Source of the DNA: an uncultured Eubacteriales bacterium
Lineage (GTDB): Bacteria > Bacillota > Clostridia > Christensenellales > UBA1242
DNA length: 64,000 nucleotides
NCBI GenBank assembly: GCA_949077035.1
Contig: CARUPR010000008.1
Span: 5,240 to 69,239, forward strand
Reading direction: 5' to 3'
In this document: piece after piece, positions 46,228-56,353 of the stretch
Position numbering within the stretch: the stretch's first letter is position 1
Layout of the letters: every line of letters starts with the position of its first letter
The notes under the pieces: generated by a model
What the model saw: the letters and a program-made list of their open reading frames with translations, nothing else
Databases searched by the model: none
What the model was told of the DNA's origin: nothing
Translations under genes and position numbers: made by a program

Positions 46228-47646
46228 ATGGTCTATTTCAACACATGCATATGTGTGATTTTGTTCATGGCATTATCCTATATATTTGCCAAAACTTATC
46301 AACTTTCCGGCTATCAACCACGCCTATTTTTAAAAAGTGTCATTGAATTTAATTTGGCATTTGGCGATAAAAACAAACTGCACTGGACAAAAAGAATGAT
46401 AAGGTTTTTATTGACTTTGTTTATCATAATGTGTGGTTTGTTTTTTGTGGTCAATTATTTTATAAACAATATCTATCTAAAGGTGTTTGATATCCTTTTA
46501 ATTTTTCTATGCCTGCCTCTTTTGCTCATCCTTGCCCACTATATCATTTTGCCTGTTGAAATTTTGATAAAAAAGCATTTTATAGCAAGGTCAACAAGAA
46601 AACTAAAAAGAAAAAAGATTATTAAAATAGGAATCACTGGAAGTTATGGCAAGACTTCTACTAAAAACATTTTAGCAGCAATGCTTGAAAATCAATATAA
46701 AGTTTGCATAACACCAAAAAATTATAATACAGAAATGGGGCTGTCAAAGACAATTTTGCAAGAACTTGATGACCATGATATCTTTATTGCCGAAATGGGT
46801 GCCCGTCATCCAGGCGATATCAAAATACTTGCAAAAATGGTTGAGCCTGATTATGGAATTATTACAACAATTGGTCCTCAGCATCTTGAAACGTTTAAAA
46901 GCATAGATGCAATTGAAAAAACAAAGTTTGAACTTGCTGAAGGAATAAAAGAAAATGGCATAATGGTGTTTAATGGTGACAGCAAGTCCACGCGTAAATT
47001 GTTTTTGCAGTTTAAAGGCGAAAAATACATTGCGTGCGATAAGAATGGTTACGCTTATGCCGATAATGTCTATATAGATGAAAATGGTTCTCACTTTGAT
47101 TTGTTTTTAAATGGCAGCAAATTGGAAGCTAAAACAAAACTTCTTGGAAAATGCAATATAAACAACATTGTCACAGCTTCTACTCTTGCCCATATCCTTG
47201 GAATAAGCAGTCAAGATATCATTGCATCAATTAGGCAACTCGAGCCCTCAAAACATCGATTGGAAATTTTAAAAAACAACTATTGCACCATAATAGATGA
47301 TTCTTATAATTGCAATGTTGTGGGCGCTAAGGAAGCACTTGATGTCCTTTCAAAATTTAATGGAATCAAGATTGTAATTACACCCGGCATTGTAGAACTT
47401 GGTGCAAGTCAGTCGCAGGAAAATTTTAAGCTTGGGACGATGATTGCCGATGTTGCTGACTATTTGATAATTATGAACAATGTCAACAAAAATGAAATTT
47501 TATCTGGGGCTATATCACACAATTTTAAACGTGAAAATATATTCTTTGCAGAAAGCAGAAAAAAACAAAAGGAAATACTTGAAAAGCTTACTTCAAAAGA
47601 TTGTGTGGTCTTATTTGAAAATGATTTACCTGATAACTATAAATGA
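46228..47646 (+). CDS. murF: UDP-MurNAc-tripeptide--D-Ala-D-Ala ligase with an atypical membrane-spanning N-terminus
   Basis: P-loop GITGSYGKTSTK, DSYNCN, and a Mur ligase C-terminal domain. The first ~130 aa form at least 3 hydrophobic helices instead of the usual soluble domain 1. Confidence 0.8.
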   Translation: MVYFNTCICVILFMALSYIFAKTYQLSGYQPRLFLKSVIEFNLAFGDKNKLHWTKRMIRFLLTLFIIMCGLFFVVNYFINNIYLKVFDILLIFLCLPLLLILAHYIILPVEILIKKHFIARSTRKLKRKKIIKIGITGSYGKTSTKNILAAMLENQYKVCITPKNYNTEMGLSKTILQELDDHDIFIAEMGARHPGDIKILAKMVEPDYGIITTIGPQHLETFKSIDAIEKTKFELAEGIKENGIMVFNGDSKSTRKLFLQFKGEKYIACDKNGYAYADNVYIDENGSHFDLFLNGSKLEAKTKLLGKCNINNIVTASTLAHILGISSQDIIASIRQLEPSKHRLEILKNNYCTIIDDSYNCNVVGAKEALDVLSKFNGIKIVITPGIVELGASQSQENFKLGTMIADVADYLIIMNNVNKNEILSGAISHNFKRENIFFAESRKKQKEILEKLTSKDCVVLFENDLPDNYK

Positions 47647-47752
47647 GATTATGCTTAAAAATAATATAATTTAAGATAATTTATTGAAATTCGACAAAAA
47701 AATGCAGAAAAAAGGCTAAAAAAGCTTAATTTTAAATAAAAAGAGGTTGAAA

Positions 47753-48871
47753 ATGAAAAATATTGGTGTTTTTTATGGTGGTAAAAGTGTTGAGCATGAT
47801 ATCTCAATCATCACCGCATTGCAGGCGATGTCAAACGAGATTAGCGGATATAACTTCATTCCAATTTATATGACTTCTGATGGAAAGATGCTAAGTGGCG
47901 ATAACTTAAAGGATGGCAGAACATATCTTAATATTGATAAAAATATAAAAAATCAATGTGAAGTTGTCATCCGTTGTGGCAGTGGCAAGGTAAGCTTTTT
48001 TAAGAAAAACAAGATTAAAAAAGAGATAATTCTTGATTGTGCCCTGCTTTGTAATCATGGGCATGGTGGTGAGGATGGCTGTTTGCAAGGACTTTTAGAA
48101 CTTGCCGAAATTCCATATACTTCTTGTGACCTTTCTTCAAGTGCCAACTGTATGGATAAAGATTTGACAAAGCTATGTTTAAAAGCTTTTAATATTGACA
48201 CTTCAGCATATTTGCATATTTGCAAGGATGAATATAAAAATGGAAAGCAAGATTTTATTGCTTTGGTTTCTCAAAAAATTGGTTTTCCATGCATAATAAA
48301 GCCTGCTACCCTAGGCTCAAGTGTTGGTATTGATGTCTGTGATGACAAAGATAAACTAGAGTCAATAATTGAGCAGGCATTCAGTTATGATAATAAAATA
48401 TTGATAGAAAAATTTGTTACAGGTGCCAGAGAATTTTGTTGTGCGGTTATAAAAAGTTCAAACAGACTTCTTTCAAGTAAGATTACCGAAGTTGAAAAAG
48501 GCAAATTTTATACTTTTGAAGAAAAATATTTAAGCGAAAAGAAGAGTATTGAGAAAAAATTGTCAAAAGAGCTTCAAAAGCAAATTAAAGATTGTGCAAT
48601 AAAGGCATATAAAGCACTTTCATGCTTTGGTGTGGTGCGTGTTGACTTTTTGTATGATGAAGAAAATGATAAACTTTATGTAAATGAATTGAATTCTATT
48701 CCAGGCTCTCTTTCATTCAATATGTTTGACACCTCTTTTTCTGATTTGATAATAGCACTTATTGAAGAGGGAATAAAAAGATTTGAAGAAAGAAAAAAAA
48801 TTGTTTATAAATTTAATTCAAAAGCGATTGAAAACTATATTGAGTTTTCTAAGAGTCTGAAAATCAAATAA
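47753..48871 (+). CDS. ddl: D-alanine--D-alanine ligase
   Basis: GGKSVEHDIS, HGHGGEDGCLQGLLEL and ATP-grasp NELNSIPGS. ATG at 47753 lies 6 nt after AAGAGG. Confidence 0.9.
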   Translation: MKNIGVFYGGKSVEHDISIITALQAMSNEISGYNFIPIYMTSDGKMLSGDNLKDGRTYLNIDKNIKNQCEVVIRCGSGKVSFFKKNKIKKEIILDCALLCNHGHGGEDGCLQGLLELAEIPYTSCDLSSSANCMDKDLTKLCLKAFNIDTSAYLHICKDEYKNGKQDFIALVSQKIGFPCIIKPATLGSSVGIDVCDDKDKLESIIEQAFSYDNKILIEKFVTGAREFCCAVIKSSNRLLSSKITEVEKGKFYTFEEKYLSEKKSIEKKLSKELQKQIKDCAIKAYKALSCFGVVRVDFLYDEENDKLYVNELNSIPGSLSFNMFDTSFSDLIIALIEEGIKRFEERKKIVYKFNSKAIENYIEFSKSLKIK

Positions 48872-49063
48872 AAGTAAGAATCAATTATTCAAAGACTTTA
48901 TATTAAAAAAGAAAAATAGATTTGTAACAATAAAATTAAAAGTATTTGTTTAATTAAAAGATTTTTTAAAATTAAAAATTAAACAATTTTGACAAAATAA
49001 TTGCAAAAAATCGCAAAAAAAGCATCAAAAATGTAAAATTATGCTAAAATGAGGATAAAATAT

Positions 49064-50584
49064 ATGAAATTATTAAATTTGATTGAGGGCGTCAGTCTGA
49101 AAGATAAAAACAAAAAACCTTCTGAAATGGAAGTTTTAGATATAAAAATTGACAGCAGAAATGTAAAAAAAGGTGATGTTTTTATCGCTTTGACAGGTGA
49201 AAATTTTGATGGAAATGATTATATCAAAAGTGCTTTTAATAATGGCGCCGCTTGTGTAATAACTGATAAAGATATAACTGGGCAAAATATCATTCAAGTT
49301 GAAAATGCACGTTCTGCCTATGCAATTATGTCTAAAAATTATTTTGGCAGAGCCTGTGATTTTTTAAAAGTCATTGCCATAACTGGGACAAATGGCAAGA
49401 CCACAACAAGCAATCTTTGCGGTGATATTTTAAGGTCGGCAGGATTTAAAGTTGGTGTAATAGGCACGCTTGGTGCAAAGGTTGATGGCGAGTTTATGGA
49501 CACAGGTTTCACAACGCCAGACCCTTATATTTTACATTCATTATTTAAAGATATGAAAGATAAAGGTGTGGAATATGTCATTATGGAGGCCTCAGCCCAT
49601 GCTTTGGCTTTAAACAAGCTTGATGGTATAGAGTTTGAAATAGGAGTGCTTACAAATATCACAGAAGACCATTTGGACTTTTTTGGCGATATGGATAGAT
49701 ATGCTGAAGCAAAACTTAAATTGTTTGAAAGAGGCAGGACTAAACTTGGCATTTATTGCGACGATAAAGCCTATATAGAAAGATTGAAAGAAAAAAGTGA
49801 TATAGACCTTTTAAGTTATGGATTTAATGATAATTGTGATTATTATTGCAAAATTTTGAAAAAGAATTTTAGTTTAAGTCGATTTGTATGTAAAGATTAT
49901 AAAAATAAAGCTTTTACAATTGAGATGCCCCTTCAAGGTCAATTTAATATTGAAAATGCTATGGCTGCAATTGCTGTTTGCAGAAGCTTGGGAATATCAT
50001 TTTATCAAATAACTGATGCTTTCAAGAAGATAAAACCTGTTGAAGGAAGATTTAATATCATCAAACATGGCAATGTAAACATAATAGTTGACTTTGCTCA
50101 CACTCCAGACGGGCTTGAAAAGGTGCTTGAAACTGCAGTTGAACTTGCTGAAGGCAAAGTTGTTGCAATTTTTGGTTGTGGTGGCAATCGTGATAAATTA
50201 AAAAGACCGATAATGGGTGAAATTGCCTCTAAATATGCAGATGAGATTATCTTGACAAGTGACAATCCACGCTTTGAAGAGCCATTGACAATTATAGACG
50301 AAATTTCAAAAGGTATCGTCAATTGCTGTTATAGAATAATATCAAACAGAAGAAAGGCGATTGAATTTTCGCTTAATCATTATAAAAATAATGAAACCAT
50401 CATTATTGCAGGTAAAGGTGGTGAAAGGTATCAAGAAATTCAGGGTGTAAAATATCCTTATAATGATTTTGAGGTAATCAAAGATTTTTTGCAAAGAGAA
50501 AGTGAAATAAAGACCGCAAACATTAAGCGGGAGGAATTGTCAAATTTAGACAATCAAAGTTTGGAAGAAGAAAACGATGTGTAA
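49064..50584 (+). CDS. murE: UDP-MurNAc-L-Ala-D-Glu--2,6-diaminopimelate ligase
   Basis: ITGTNGKTT, the DNPR motif (meso-DAP type) and GKGGERYQ. Confidence 0.9.
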   Translation: MKLLNLIEGVSLKDKNKKPSEMEVLDIKIDSRNVKKGDVFIALTGENFDGNDYIKSAFNNGAACVITDKDITGQNIIQVENARSAYAIMSKNYFGRACDFLKVIAITGTNGKTTTSNLCGDILRSAGFKVGVIGTLGAKVDGEFMDTGFTTPDPYILHSLFKDMKDKGVEYVIMEASAHALALNKLDGIEFEIGVLTNITEDHLDFFGDMDRYAEAKLKLFERGRTKLGIYCDDKAYIERLKEKSDIDLLSYGFNDNCDYYCKILKKNFSLSRFVCKDYKNKAFTIEMPLQGQFNIENAMAAIAVCRSLGISFYQITDAFKKIKPVEGRFNIIKHGNVNIIVDFAHTPDGLEKVLETAVELAEGKVVAIFGCGGNRDKLKRPIMGEIASKYADEIILTSDNPRFEEPLTIIDEISKGIVNCCYRIISNRRKAIEFSLNHYKNNETIIIAGKGGERYQEIQGVKYPYNDFEVIKDFLQRESEIKTANIKREELSNLDNQSLEEENDV

Positions 50585-50815
50585 TTAAGATTTTTTGACA
50601 TAATATTTGCAAAAATAAGCAAATTTCATTGAAAAATGAAAAATATCATTAAGAACATCAAAAAACATTAAAAATTAATAAAAAAAGCGGAAATTAATAA
50701 AAAAAGTTTTAATAAACAAAAATAAATTAAACAAATCATCAATAATATAAAGATTTATGAAAGAAATTTAATAACTTGCAAATCATAATCATATAATGAA
50801 AAAGGGGTGCAATAT

Positions 50816-51775
50816 ATGTTGAATTTCTTTCTTGTTTTTTTAGTTGGCCTTTTAAGTGCAATAATATTTGGAATTCCTATTTTGCTGGTTTGCAAGAAGT
50901 TTCATCTTTCTCAAACCATTCTTCATTATGTGGACAAGCATATTGGGAAAAGTGGCACACCTACTATGGGAGGTTGGATTTTTATTTCAGCCTGCATTTT
51001 TGCATCAGCATTTTTTTTAAGAGATGACTTTATTTATTCAATTTTAATCTTGTTGACAATGCTTGGATATGGATTTTTAGGCTTTTTAGATGATTTTATC
51101 AAGATAAAATGGCATAAAAATGAGGGTTTAAAACCATATCAAAAGATTATCGGTCAGGTGGGCTTATCTTTAATAATTGCTATTTTTGTTTATTTTAAGG
51201 TAGGCACTTCTATAGATTTGTTTGGTTTAAATTTAAATTTAGGGATTTTTATAATTCCGTTTATAATAATTTTCTTTGTCGCTGTCACCAATTCTGTAAA
51301 TTTGACTGATGGGCTTGATGGGCTTGCAAGCGGTGTCAGCCTTATCTATCTTTTATCTTTTGGGGCTATTCTTGCAATATTAAATTTTACAAACTTTTCA
51401 ATTATTTCTTTTGCCATGGCGGGTGCTTTGGTTGGATTTCTTTTATTTAATGGTTTTCCTGCAAAAATCTTCATGGGTGATACAGGTTCGCTTGCACTAG
51501 GAGGTCTTATAGCATCACTTTGCATATTTAGCGGTCTTGAACTTATACTTCCAATCATTGGCATAATGTTTGTTCTCTCTGCTGTAAGTGATATTTTGCA
51601 GGTTGGTTATTACAAAAAAACGCATAAAAGAATTTTTAAAATGGCACCTTTGCATCATCATTTTGAGCAGCTTGGCGTGCATGAAAATCGAATTGTATGC
51701 GGTTATATTATTGTCACTTTAATTTGTGGTTTGTCAGCACTTATAGGTTATATGGCAGTTGTTGGTTTGATTTAA
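50816..51775 (+). CDS. mraY: phospho-N-acetylmuramoyl-pentapeptide transferase
   Basis: TPTMGG, NSVNLTDGLDGLA, MGDTGSLALGG and APLHHHFE. Confidence 0.95.
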   Translation: MLNFFLVFLVGLLSAIIFGIPILLVCKKFHLSQTILHYVDKHIGKSGTPTMGGWIFISACIFASAFFLRDDFIYSILILLTMLGYGFLGFLDDFIKIKWHKNEGLKPYQKIIGQVGLSLIIAIFVYFKVGTSIDLFGLNLNLGIFIIPFIIIFFVAVTNSVNLTDGLDGLASGVSLIYLLSFGAILAILNFTNFSIISFAMAGALVGFLLFNGFPAKIFMGDTGSLALGGLIASLCIFSGLELILPIIGIMFVLSAVSDILQVGYYKKTHKRIFKMAPLHHHFEQLGVHENRIVCGYIIVTLICGLSALIGYMAVVGLI

Positions 51776-51940
51776 AAATTCTTAATTTCTTTTATCAACT
51801 TGAATTTTATGTTGTAACAATTATTATTTTTATATTATTTTCATATTTTTTTCAATTTTATTCTTAAGTTTTCTACTTTAGCATATCTTTAAATTTTGAT
51901 TAGTATATTAAATTAAAGGAATTGCAAAAGGAGAAGAAAT

Positions 51941-53248
51941 ATGAATTTGAGAGGAAAAAATGTTTTAGTTTATGGCATGGGAATAAGCGGCCAAGCAGCT
52001 TGTCGGCTTTTGCATGAAAATGGTGCCTGCGTGTCAACCTATGATGATGAAAATAGATTTAATTCTTATTTTGCACATGAGTCGAATCCTATGGTTAAAA
52101 AATTTGATTTGATTGTGGTAAGCCCTGGAATTAAAGTTTTGGGCAATCAGCTTTTATCACATTTTTTGATAACTGGCACCAAGGTCATAAGTGAGCTTGA
52201 CCTTGGCTATGCTTTTTGTAAAGGAAAGGTGATTGGCATAACTGGGACAAATGGCAAAACTACTGTCACCTCTCTTGTTGGTGAAATTTTTAAAAGGGCG
52301 GGGAAAAAGACCTTTGTGTGTGGGAATATCGGATTGCCAATTTCGTCGATAGCAAAAGATACTGATGAGCAAAGCGTTGTTGTCTGCGAGGTCAGCAACT
52401 TTCAACTTGAGCTTTCAAGTTTGTTTAAACCAGGCATTGCTTGCATACTTAATATTGCACCTGACCACCTTGATAGGCATGGCACTTTTGAAGAATACAA
52501 AAGGGTAAAAAGCAAAATATTGACTGGCACGCGAAATCAGAAAGTTATATTAAATTTTGATGACGAAATTGCAAACAAGATGCAAATTAACAAAAAAACG
52601 ACATTTTTTTCAAAAAAATTGCTAAATAAAGGCGTTTTTGTCAAAAATAACTATATTTATCAAAATAAAATTAAAATTGTGCCTCTCAGTGAAATCCCTC
52701 TTTTTGGCGAGAAAAACCTTGAGAATGTGCTGTCTGCAGTTGCCATAGCTTGCAGCTGTAAAATTAAACCAAATATAATAAGAGAGGCTGTAAACAATTT
52801 CAAAGCACCACCACATAGGCTTAGTTATTTAGGGCAGGTGAATGGAGCTGATGTCTTTGATGACTCTAAAGCTACAAACATTTCTTCAACTCTTTCCGCT
52901 ATTGGTTCGCTTGGCGAAAGGGGGCTTGTCTTGATGCTTGGTGGACTTAATAAAGATTTTCAGTTTGATGAAATCTTTAAAAATGGATATGATTTTGAAA
53001 AGCTTATTTGTTTTGGTCAGGCGGGGCAGGAAATCTTTGATTGTGCAAGCAAATATGGTTATCAGCCTCTTCTATTTCCTACAATGAAAGCCGCCTGTCA
53101 TTTTGTGAAAGCTTCTGCTCAGCCTGGACAAAAGATTTTGCTTTCGCCTGCCTGTGCAAGTTTTGATGAGTTTGCCTCTTATTCGGTGAGAGGGGAGGTT
53201 TTTAAGGAGATTATCTTTGGTGAGATTGAACAAATTGAAATGTCATAA
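51941..53248 (+). CDS. murD: UDP-MurNAc-L-alanine--D-glutamate ligase
   Basis: GMGISGQA, GITGTNGKTTV and DDSKATN. Confidence 0.93.
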   Translation: MNLRGKNVLVYGMGISGQAACRLLHENGACVSTYDDENRFNSYFAHESNPMVKKFDLIVVSPGIKVLGNQLLSHFLITGTKVISELDLGYAFCKGKVIGITGTNGKTTVTSLVGEIFKRAGKKTFVCGNIGLPISSIAKDTDEQSVVVCEVSNFQLELSSLFKPGIACILNIAPDHLDRHGTFEEYKRVKSKILTGTRNQKVILNFDDEIANKMQINKKTTFFSKKLLNKGVFVKNNYIYQNKIKIVPLSEIPLFGEKNLENVLSAVAIACSCKIKPNIIREAVNNFKAPPHRLSYLGQVNGADVFDDSKATNISSTLSAIGSLGERGLVLMLGGLNKDFQFDEIFKNGYDFEKLICFGQAGQEIFDCASKYGYQPLLFPTMKAACHFVKASAQPGQKILLSPACASFDEFASYSVRGEVFKEIIFGEIEQIEMS

Positions 53249-54422
53249 TGGCCATTCTTGCCTTAAAGACATCATTATTATTTCTATTATCGTTGTCTTG
53301 CTTGCAAGTTTTGGCTGTTTGATGGTTTATAGCGCAAGTTTTTATAGTGCAGAATATCATTATGGCAACAAATTCTTTTTTCTATTTAAACAGATTATGG
53401 GTGTTGTCATGGGTGCAGGTGCTATGCTTTTCTTTGCATTTTTTGATTATCATCTGCTTAAAAAGTTTAAATGGTGGATAATGATTGCAACATTTGTTTT
53501 GCTTGCACTAGTTTTTGTCCCTGGTCTTGGTATGGAGAGCTATGGCGCGAAAAGGTGGGTTTCGATTTTAGGTTTTTCAATTCAACCTTCTGAAATTGCA
53601 AAGTTTTCGCTTGTGATTTTTGTTGCTTCATATATGTCTGACAATCATGACAAGGTAAAAACCTTTAAAGGGCTTCTGCCGGTGCTTATCGTTGGCGGCT
53701 TAATGTGTGTGCTTGTGATGATTGAGCCAAGTATGAGTGTGACAATGTGTATAGCCTTTGTGACATTGTTTATGTTGATTATTGGCGGAATGAGCAAGAA
53801 GCACACTATCATGTTTTCTCTGCCTGCTGCAGCTTTGGTGCCTGCACTTATTGTTTTAGAACCTTATAGACTGAAAAGATTGATGGCTTTCATCGACCCA
53901 TGGGCATCACCGCAGGGAGAAGGCTTTCAACTTATACAATCACTTTATTCGCTTGGTGATGGTGGACTTTTTGGTGTTGGTCTTTTTAATTCTCGTCAGA
54001 AATATCTTTTTTTGCCATTTGCTGAGTCTGACTTTATTTTGTCTATCATTGGTGAAGAGATAGGCTTTATTGGCACAACAATATTGCTTTTTGTATTTTT
54101 CTTTCTTTCATATAAACTCATTAAAATTGGCCTGAATGCCAAAGATAGATTTGGTGCTATGCTATCATGTGGTGTTGCATTTATTATAGCTGTGCAAACA
54201 TTATTGAATGTTGCCGTTGTGACAGGCTCAATTCCGCCAACAGGTCTTCCACTTCCTTTTATTTCAAGTGGAGGGACTTCGGTTATGGTATTTATGGCAG
54301 GGGTTGGAATTTGCTTAAATGTTTTGCGTCAAAGTATGGGTGATGACTATAAAATAATCAAAATAAAAGAAAAAACCATAAAAAATGGCAAAAAAATGCC
54401 AAAAAAAGCTGAAAAAATATAA
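53217..54422 (+). CDS. ftsW: SEDS peptidoglycan glycosyltransferase FtsW/SpoVE
   Basis: IQPSEIAKF, SDFILSIIGEEIGFIG and PPTGLPLPFISSGGTS. It uses a non-ATG start somewhere in 53217-53240, overlapping the murD end. Confidence 0.9.
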   Translation: MVRLNKLKCHNGHSCLKDIIIISIIVVLLASFGCLMVYSASFYSAEYHYGNKFFFLFKQIMGVVMGAGAMLFFAFFDYHLLKKFKWWIMIATFVLLALVFVPGLGMESYGAKRWVSILGFSIQPSEIAKFSLVIFVASYMSDNHDKVKTFKGLLPVLIVGGLMCVLVMIEPSMSVTMCIAFVTLFMLIIGGMSKKHTIMFSLPAAALVPALIVLEPYRLKRLMAFIDPWASPQGEGFQLIQSLYSLGDGGLFGVGLFNSRQKYLFLPFAESDFILSIIGEEIGFIGTTILLFVFFFLSYKLIKIGLNAKDRFGAMLSCGVAFIIAVQTLLNVAVVTGSIPPTGLPLPFISSGGTSVMVFMAGVGICLNVLRQSMGDDYKIIKIKEKTIKNGKKMPKKAEKI

Positions 54423-54515
54423 TTTTCTTTAAATTATTGAATTAGATAGTTATTAATAAGTTTTAAAATTTAAAATAAAATGAAGATAATAATTTAAAAA
54501 TTTTATCAAAAAAAT

Positions 54516-54548
54516 AAAAAGAACTATATTATCATATAGTTCTTTTTA
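54516..54548. terminator. bidirectional intrinsic terminator
   Basis: aaaaagaactata-ttatca-tatagttcttttt, between ftsW and the convergent micro-ORF. Confidence 0.7.
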
Positions 54549-54667
54549 ACAACTTAAGAAAGACTGAATCAGTGTTTTCTTGTTTTGATTATATTTTCTT
54601 TATTAATAATAATTGTTTTCTTTTATTAAAAACATATTAATATCATGAATTGATTGACATAATATAT

Positions 54668-54793
54668 TTATTGCTTTTTATCTTCTGCATTATTAATTTC
54701 AGTTTTATTATTATCCTTTTTAGGAGGGCAAAGTTTGTCTATAAGTTTGTCAAATTCTTTATTCATATAATCATTAAATTCTTTATTATTCAT
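54668..54793 (-). CDS. conserved micro-ORF (41 aa) coupled to the LRR-like repeat gene
   Basis: MNNKEFNDYMNKEFDKLIDKLCPPKKDNNKTEINNAEDKKQ. Its ATG lies 1 nt after the upstream TAA. The GGAG within the upstream EMEW codons serves as SD. A paralog lies at 56354..56461. Confidence 0.65.
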   Translation of the reverse strand: MNNKEFNDYMNKEFDKLIDKLCPPKKDNNKTEINNAEDKKQ

Positions 54794-54794
54794 T

Positions 54795-56024
54795 TTACCA
54801 CTCCATTTCTGCTATTTCATAAAGAGTGTTTTGATACAGATAATTTAAACCTTTTTCTTTTTGTGTATTTATTTCGTTTTCAATTTCTTTTAATCTTACA
54901 TTAAAAACATCAACCATAATGTCTGGCACTTCTTTGATATAACCATCTTCTCTGCAAAGTCTATTAAATTGATTTTTTGTTTTTATTTTTACAATTTGCA
55001 TTAAAGCTTGTCTACATTCACGATTTACAAAAACGTCAATTGGTAAATCTTCTTTTTTAATTTTTCCAGCACCATATAAAATTAATGAGCTTACCGCAAG
55101 GTCAGTTTTGAATTTTAAACTAAAAGGAACTGCATCTAATTGCTCGTCAAGTAAAGGAGCGTAATAGCTGCCAGTAGTTGCAACATAATTATTAATGATT
55201 TCTTGAGGAATTGCTTTTATTTCTTCTTTTGTTAAACCTAAAAATGTTATATCTTTACCATTTGCAACACGTTGATTGATTATTTCTTGAGGGATTGCTT
55301 TTCTTTGTTTTTCTGAAAAATGACTTGGAATATCAGTGCCATTTGCAATACCTTGATTAATTACATCTTGAGGAATTTCTTTTAGTTGTTTTTCTGTTAA
55401 GCCCAAAGAAATTAAATCTCCGCCATTTATAATGCACTGATTTATAATGTCTTGAGGGATTTTGTTGATTAATCTCTCTGATAATCTTAAAAATGATAAA
55501 TTTTTACCACTTGCAATACGCTGATAAATAAACTCTACAGGAATTGCCTCTTGTTTCTCTTGTGAAAAATTAAGTAAACTTCCACCATTTACAACATATT
55601 GATTGATTGCTTCTTGAGGAATAGCCTTTTTTTGCTCATCTAAGAGTGCGTCAAAATTCCCACCCTTTGCAATATTTTGATTGATTATTTCTTGAGGTAC
55701 TTCTTTTAATTTGTTTTGTGTTAAATTAAAAATATTTCTGCCCTTTGCAACATATTGATTGATAATATCTTGAGGAACTGCATCAATTTGTTCTTCTGAA
55801 ATACAGCCTAAAGGTCCATCATTTGCAACAAATTGATTGATAATATCTTGAGGGATGGCTTTTATTTGTTCATCAAGTAGTCCATATAAATATGCACCCT
55901 TTGCAGCACGTTTATTAATAATATCTTGAGGTAATTCTTTTAATTGGCTTGCATTTAAATTTAGAAGATATAAATCTCCACCATTTGCAATAAATTTATT
56001 AATTGTTTGTTGAGTTTCTTCCAT
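54795..56024 (-). CDS. LRR-like 26-28-aa tandem-repeat protein A with a conserved C-terminal domain
   Basis: About 11 repeats of (A/E)(I/V)PQ(D/E)IINQxxAxGxxLxxLxxxQxx. C-terminal LILYGAGKIKKEDLPIDVFVNRECR...EMEW. No signal peptide. Confidence 0.8.
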   Translation of the reverse strand: MEETQQTINKFIANGGDLYLLNLNASQLKELPQDIINKRAAKGAYLYGLLDEQIKAIPQDIINQFVANDGPLGCISEEQIDAVPQDIINQYVAKGRNIFNLTQNKLKEVPQEIINQNIAKGGNFDALLDEQKKAIPQEAINQYVVNGGSLLNFSQEKQEAIPVEFIYQRIASGKNLSFLRLSERLINKIPQDIINQCIINGGDLISLGLTEKQLKEIPQDVINQGIANGTDIPSHFSEKQRKAIPQEIINQRVANGKDITFLGLTKEEIKAIPQEIINNYVATTGSYYAPLLDEQLDAVPFSLKFKTDLAVSSLILYGAGKIKKEDLPIDVFVNRECRQALMQIVKIKTKNQFNRLCREDGYIKEVPDIMVDVFNVRLKEIENEINTQKEKGLNYLYQNTLYEIAEMEW

Positions 56025-56062
56025 ATTCTCACCCTCCTTTTTTTAAATTACTTCCTATCTTA

Positions 56063-56090
56063 ATTATACTCGGGGGGGGGTAATTGTCAA
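56063..56090 (-). promoter_or_regulatory. sigma-A-type promoter with a C9 homopolymer in a 16-nt spacer (predicted phase-variable)
   Basis: Minus strand reads TTGACA-ATTA-CCCCCCCCC-GAG-TATAAT, about 38 nt upstream of the ATG at 56024. Confidence 0.65.
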
Positions 56091-56286
56091 CCTTTATTTT
56101 CAAAATAATAAATTATCTGATTTTTTAGTAGTTTGTTTTTTAAAAATGATTTTTATAAACAAAATTTATTGATAAAAAAGCACTCTTACTTCTTTCTTGC
56201 GTCAAAGAGAGCTTTTTTTGCTTTAATAAAATTAAAAAAAGCACCTTTCTTGCATCTCTAAAAACACTTGTTTTAGTTTGTGTCAC

Positions 56287-56317
56287 AAAAAAACAGCAAC
56301 AATTGTTGCTGTTTTTT
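56287..56317 (-). terminator. intrinsic terminator after micro-ORF 2
   Basis: Perfect 20-nt palindrome acagcaacaattgttgctgt flanked by an A-run and a T-run. Confidence 0.65.
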
Positions 56318-56353
56318 GATTGAAATTTTTATATGAAATATTAAATTTTGACA

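Noticed and set aside
54650-54904. Plus-strand ORFs 54650..54904 and 56348..56755 (Phe/Ile-rich)
   Set aside because: They are antisense to the conserved micro-ORFs and to the 3' ends of the LRR-like genes. Their similarity to each other is explained by the conserved minus-strand coding sequence.
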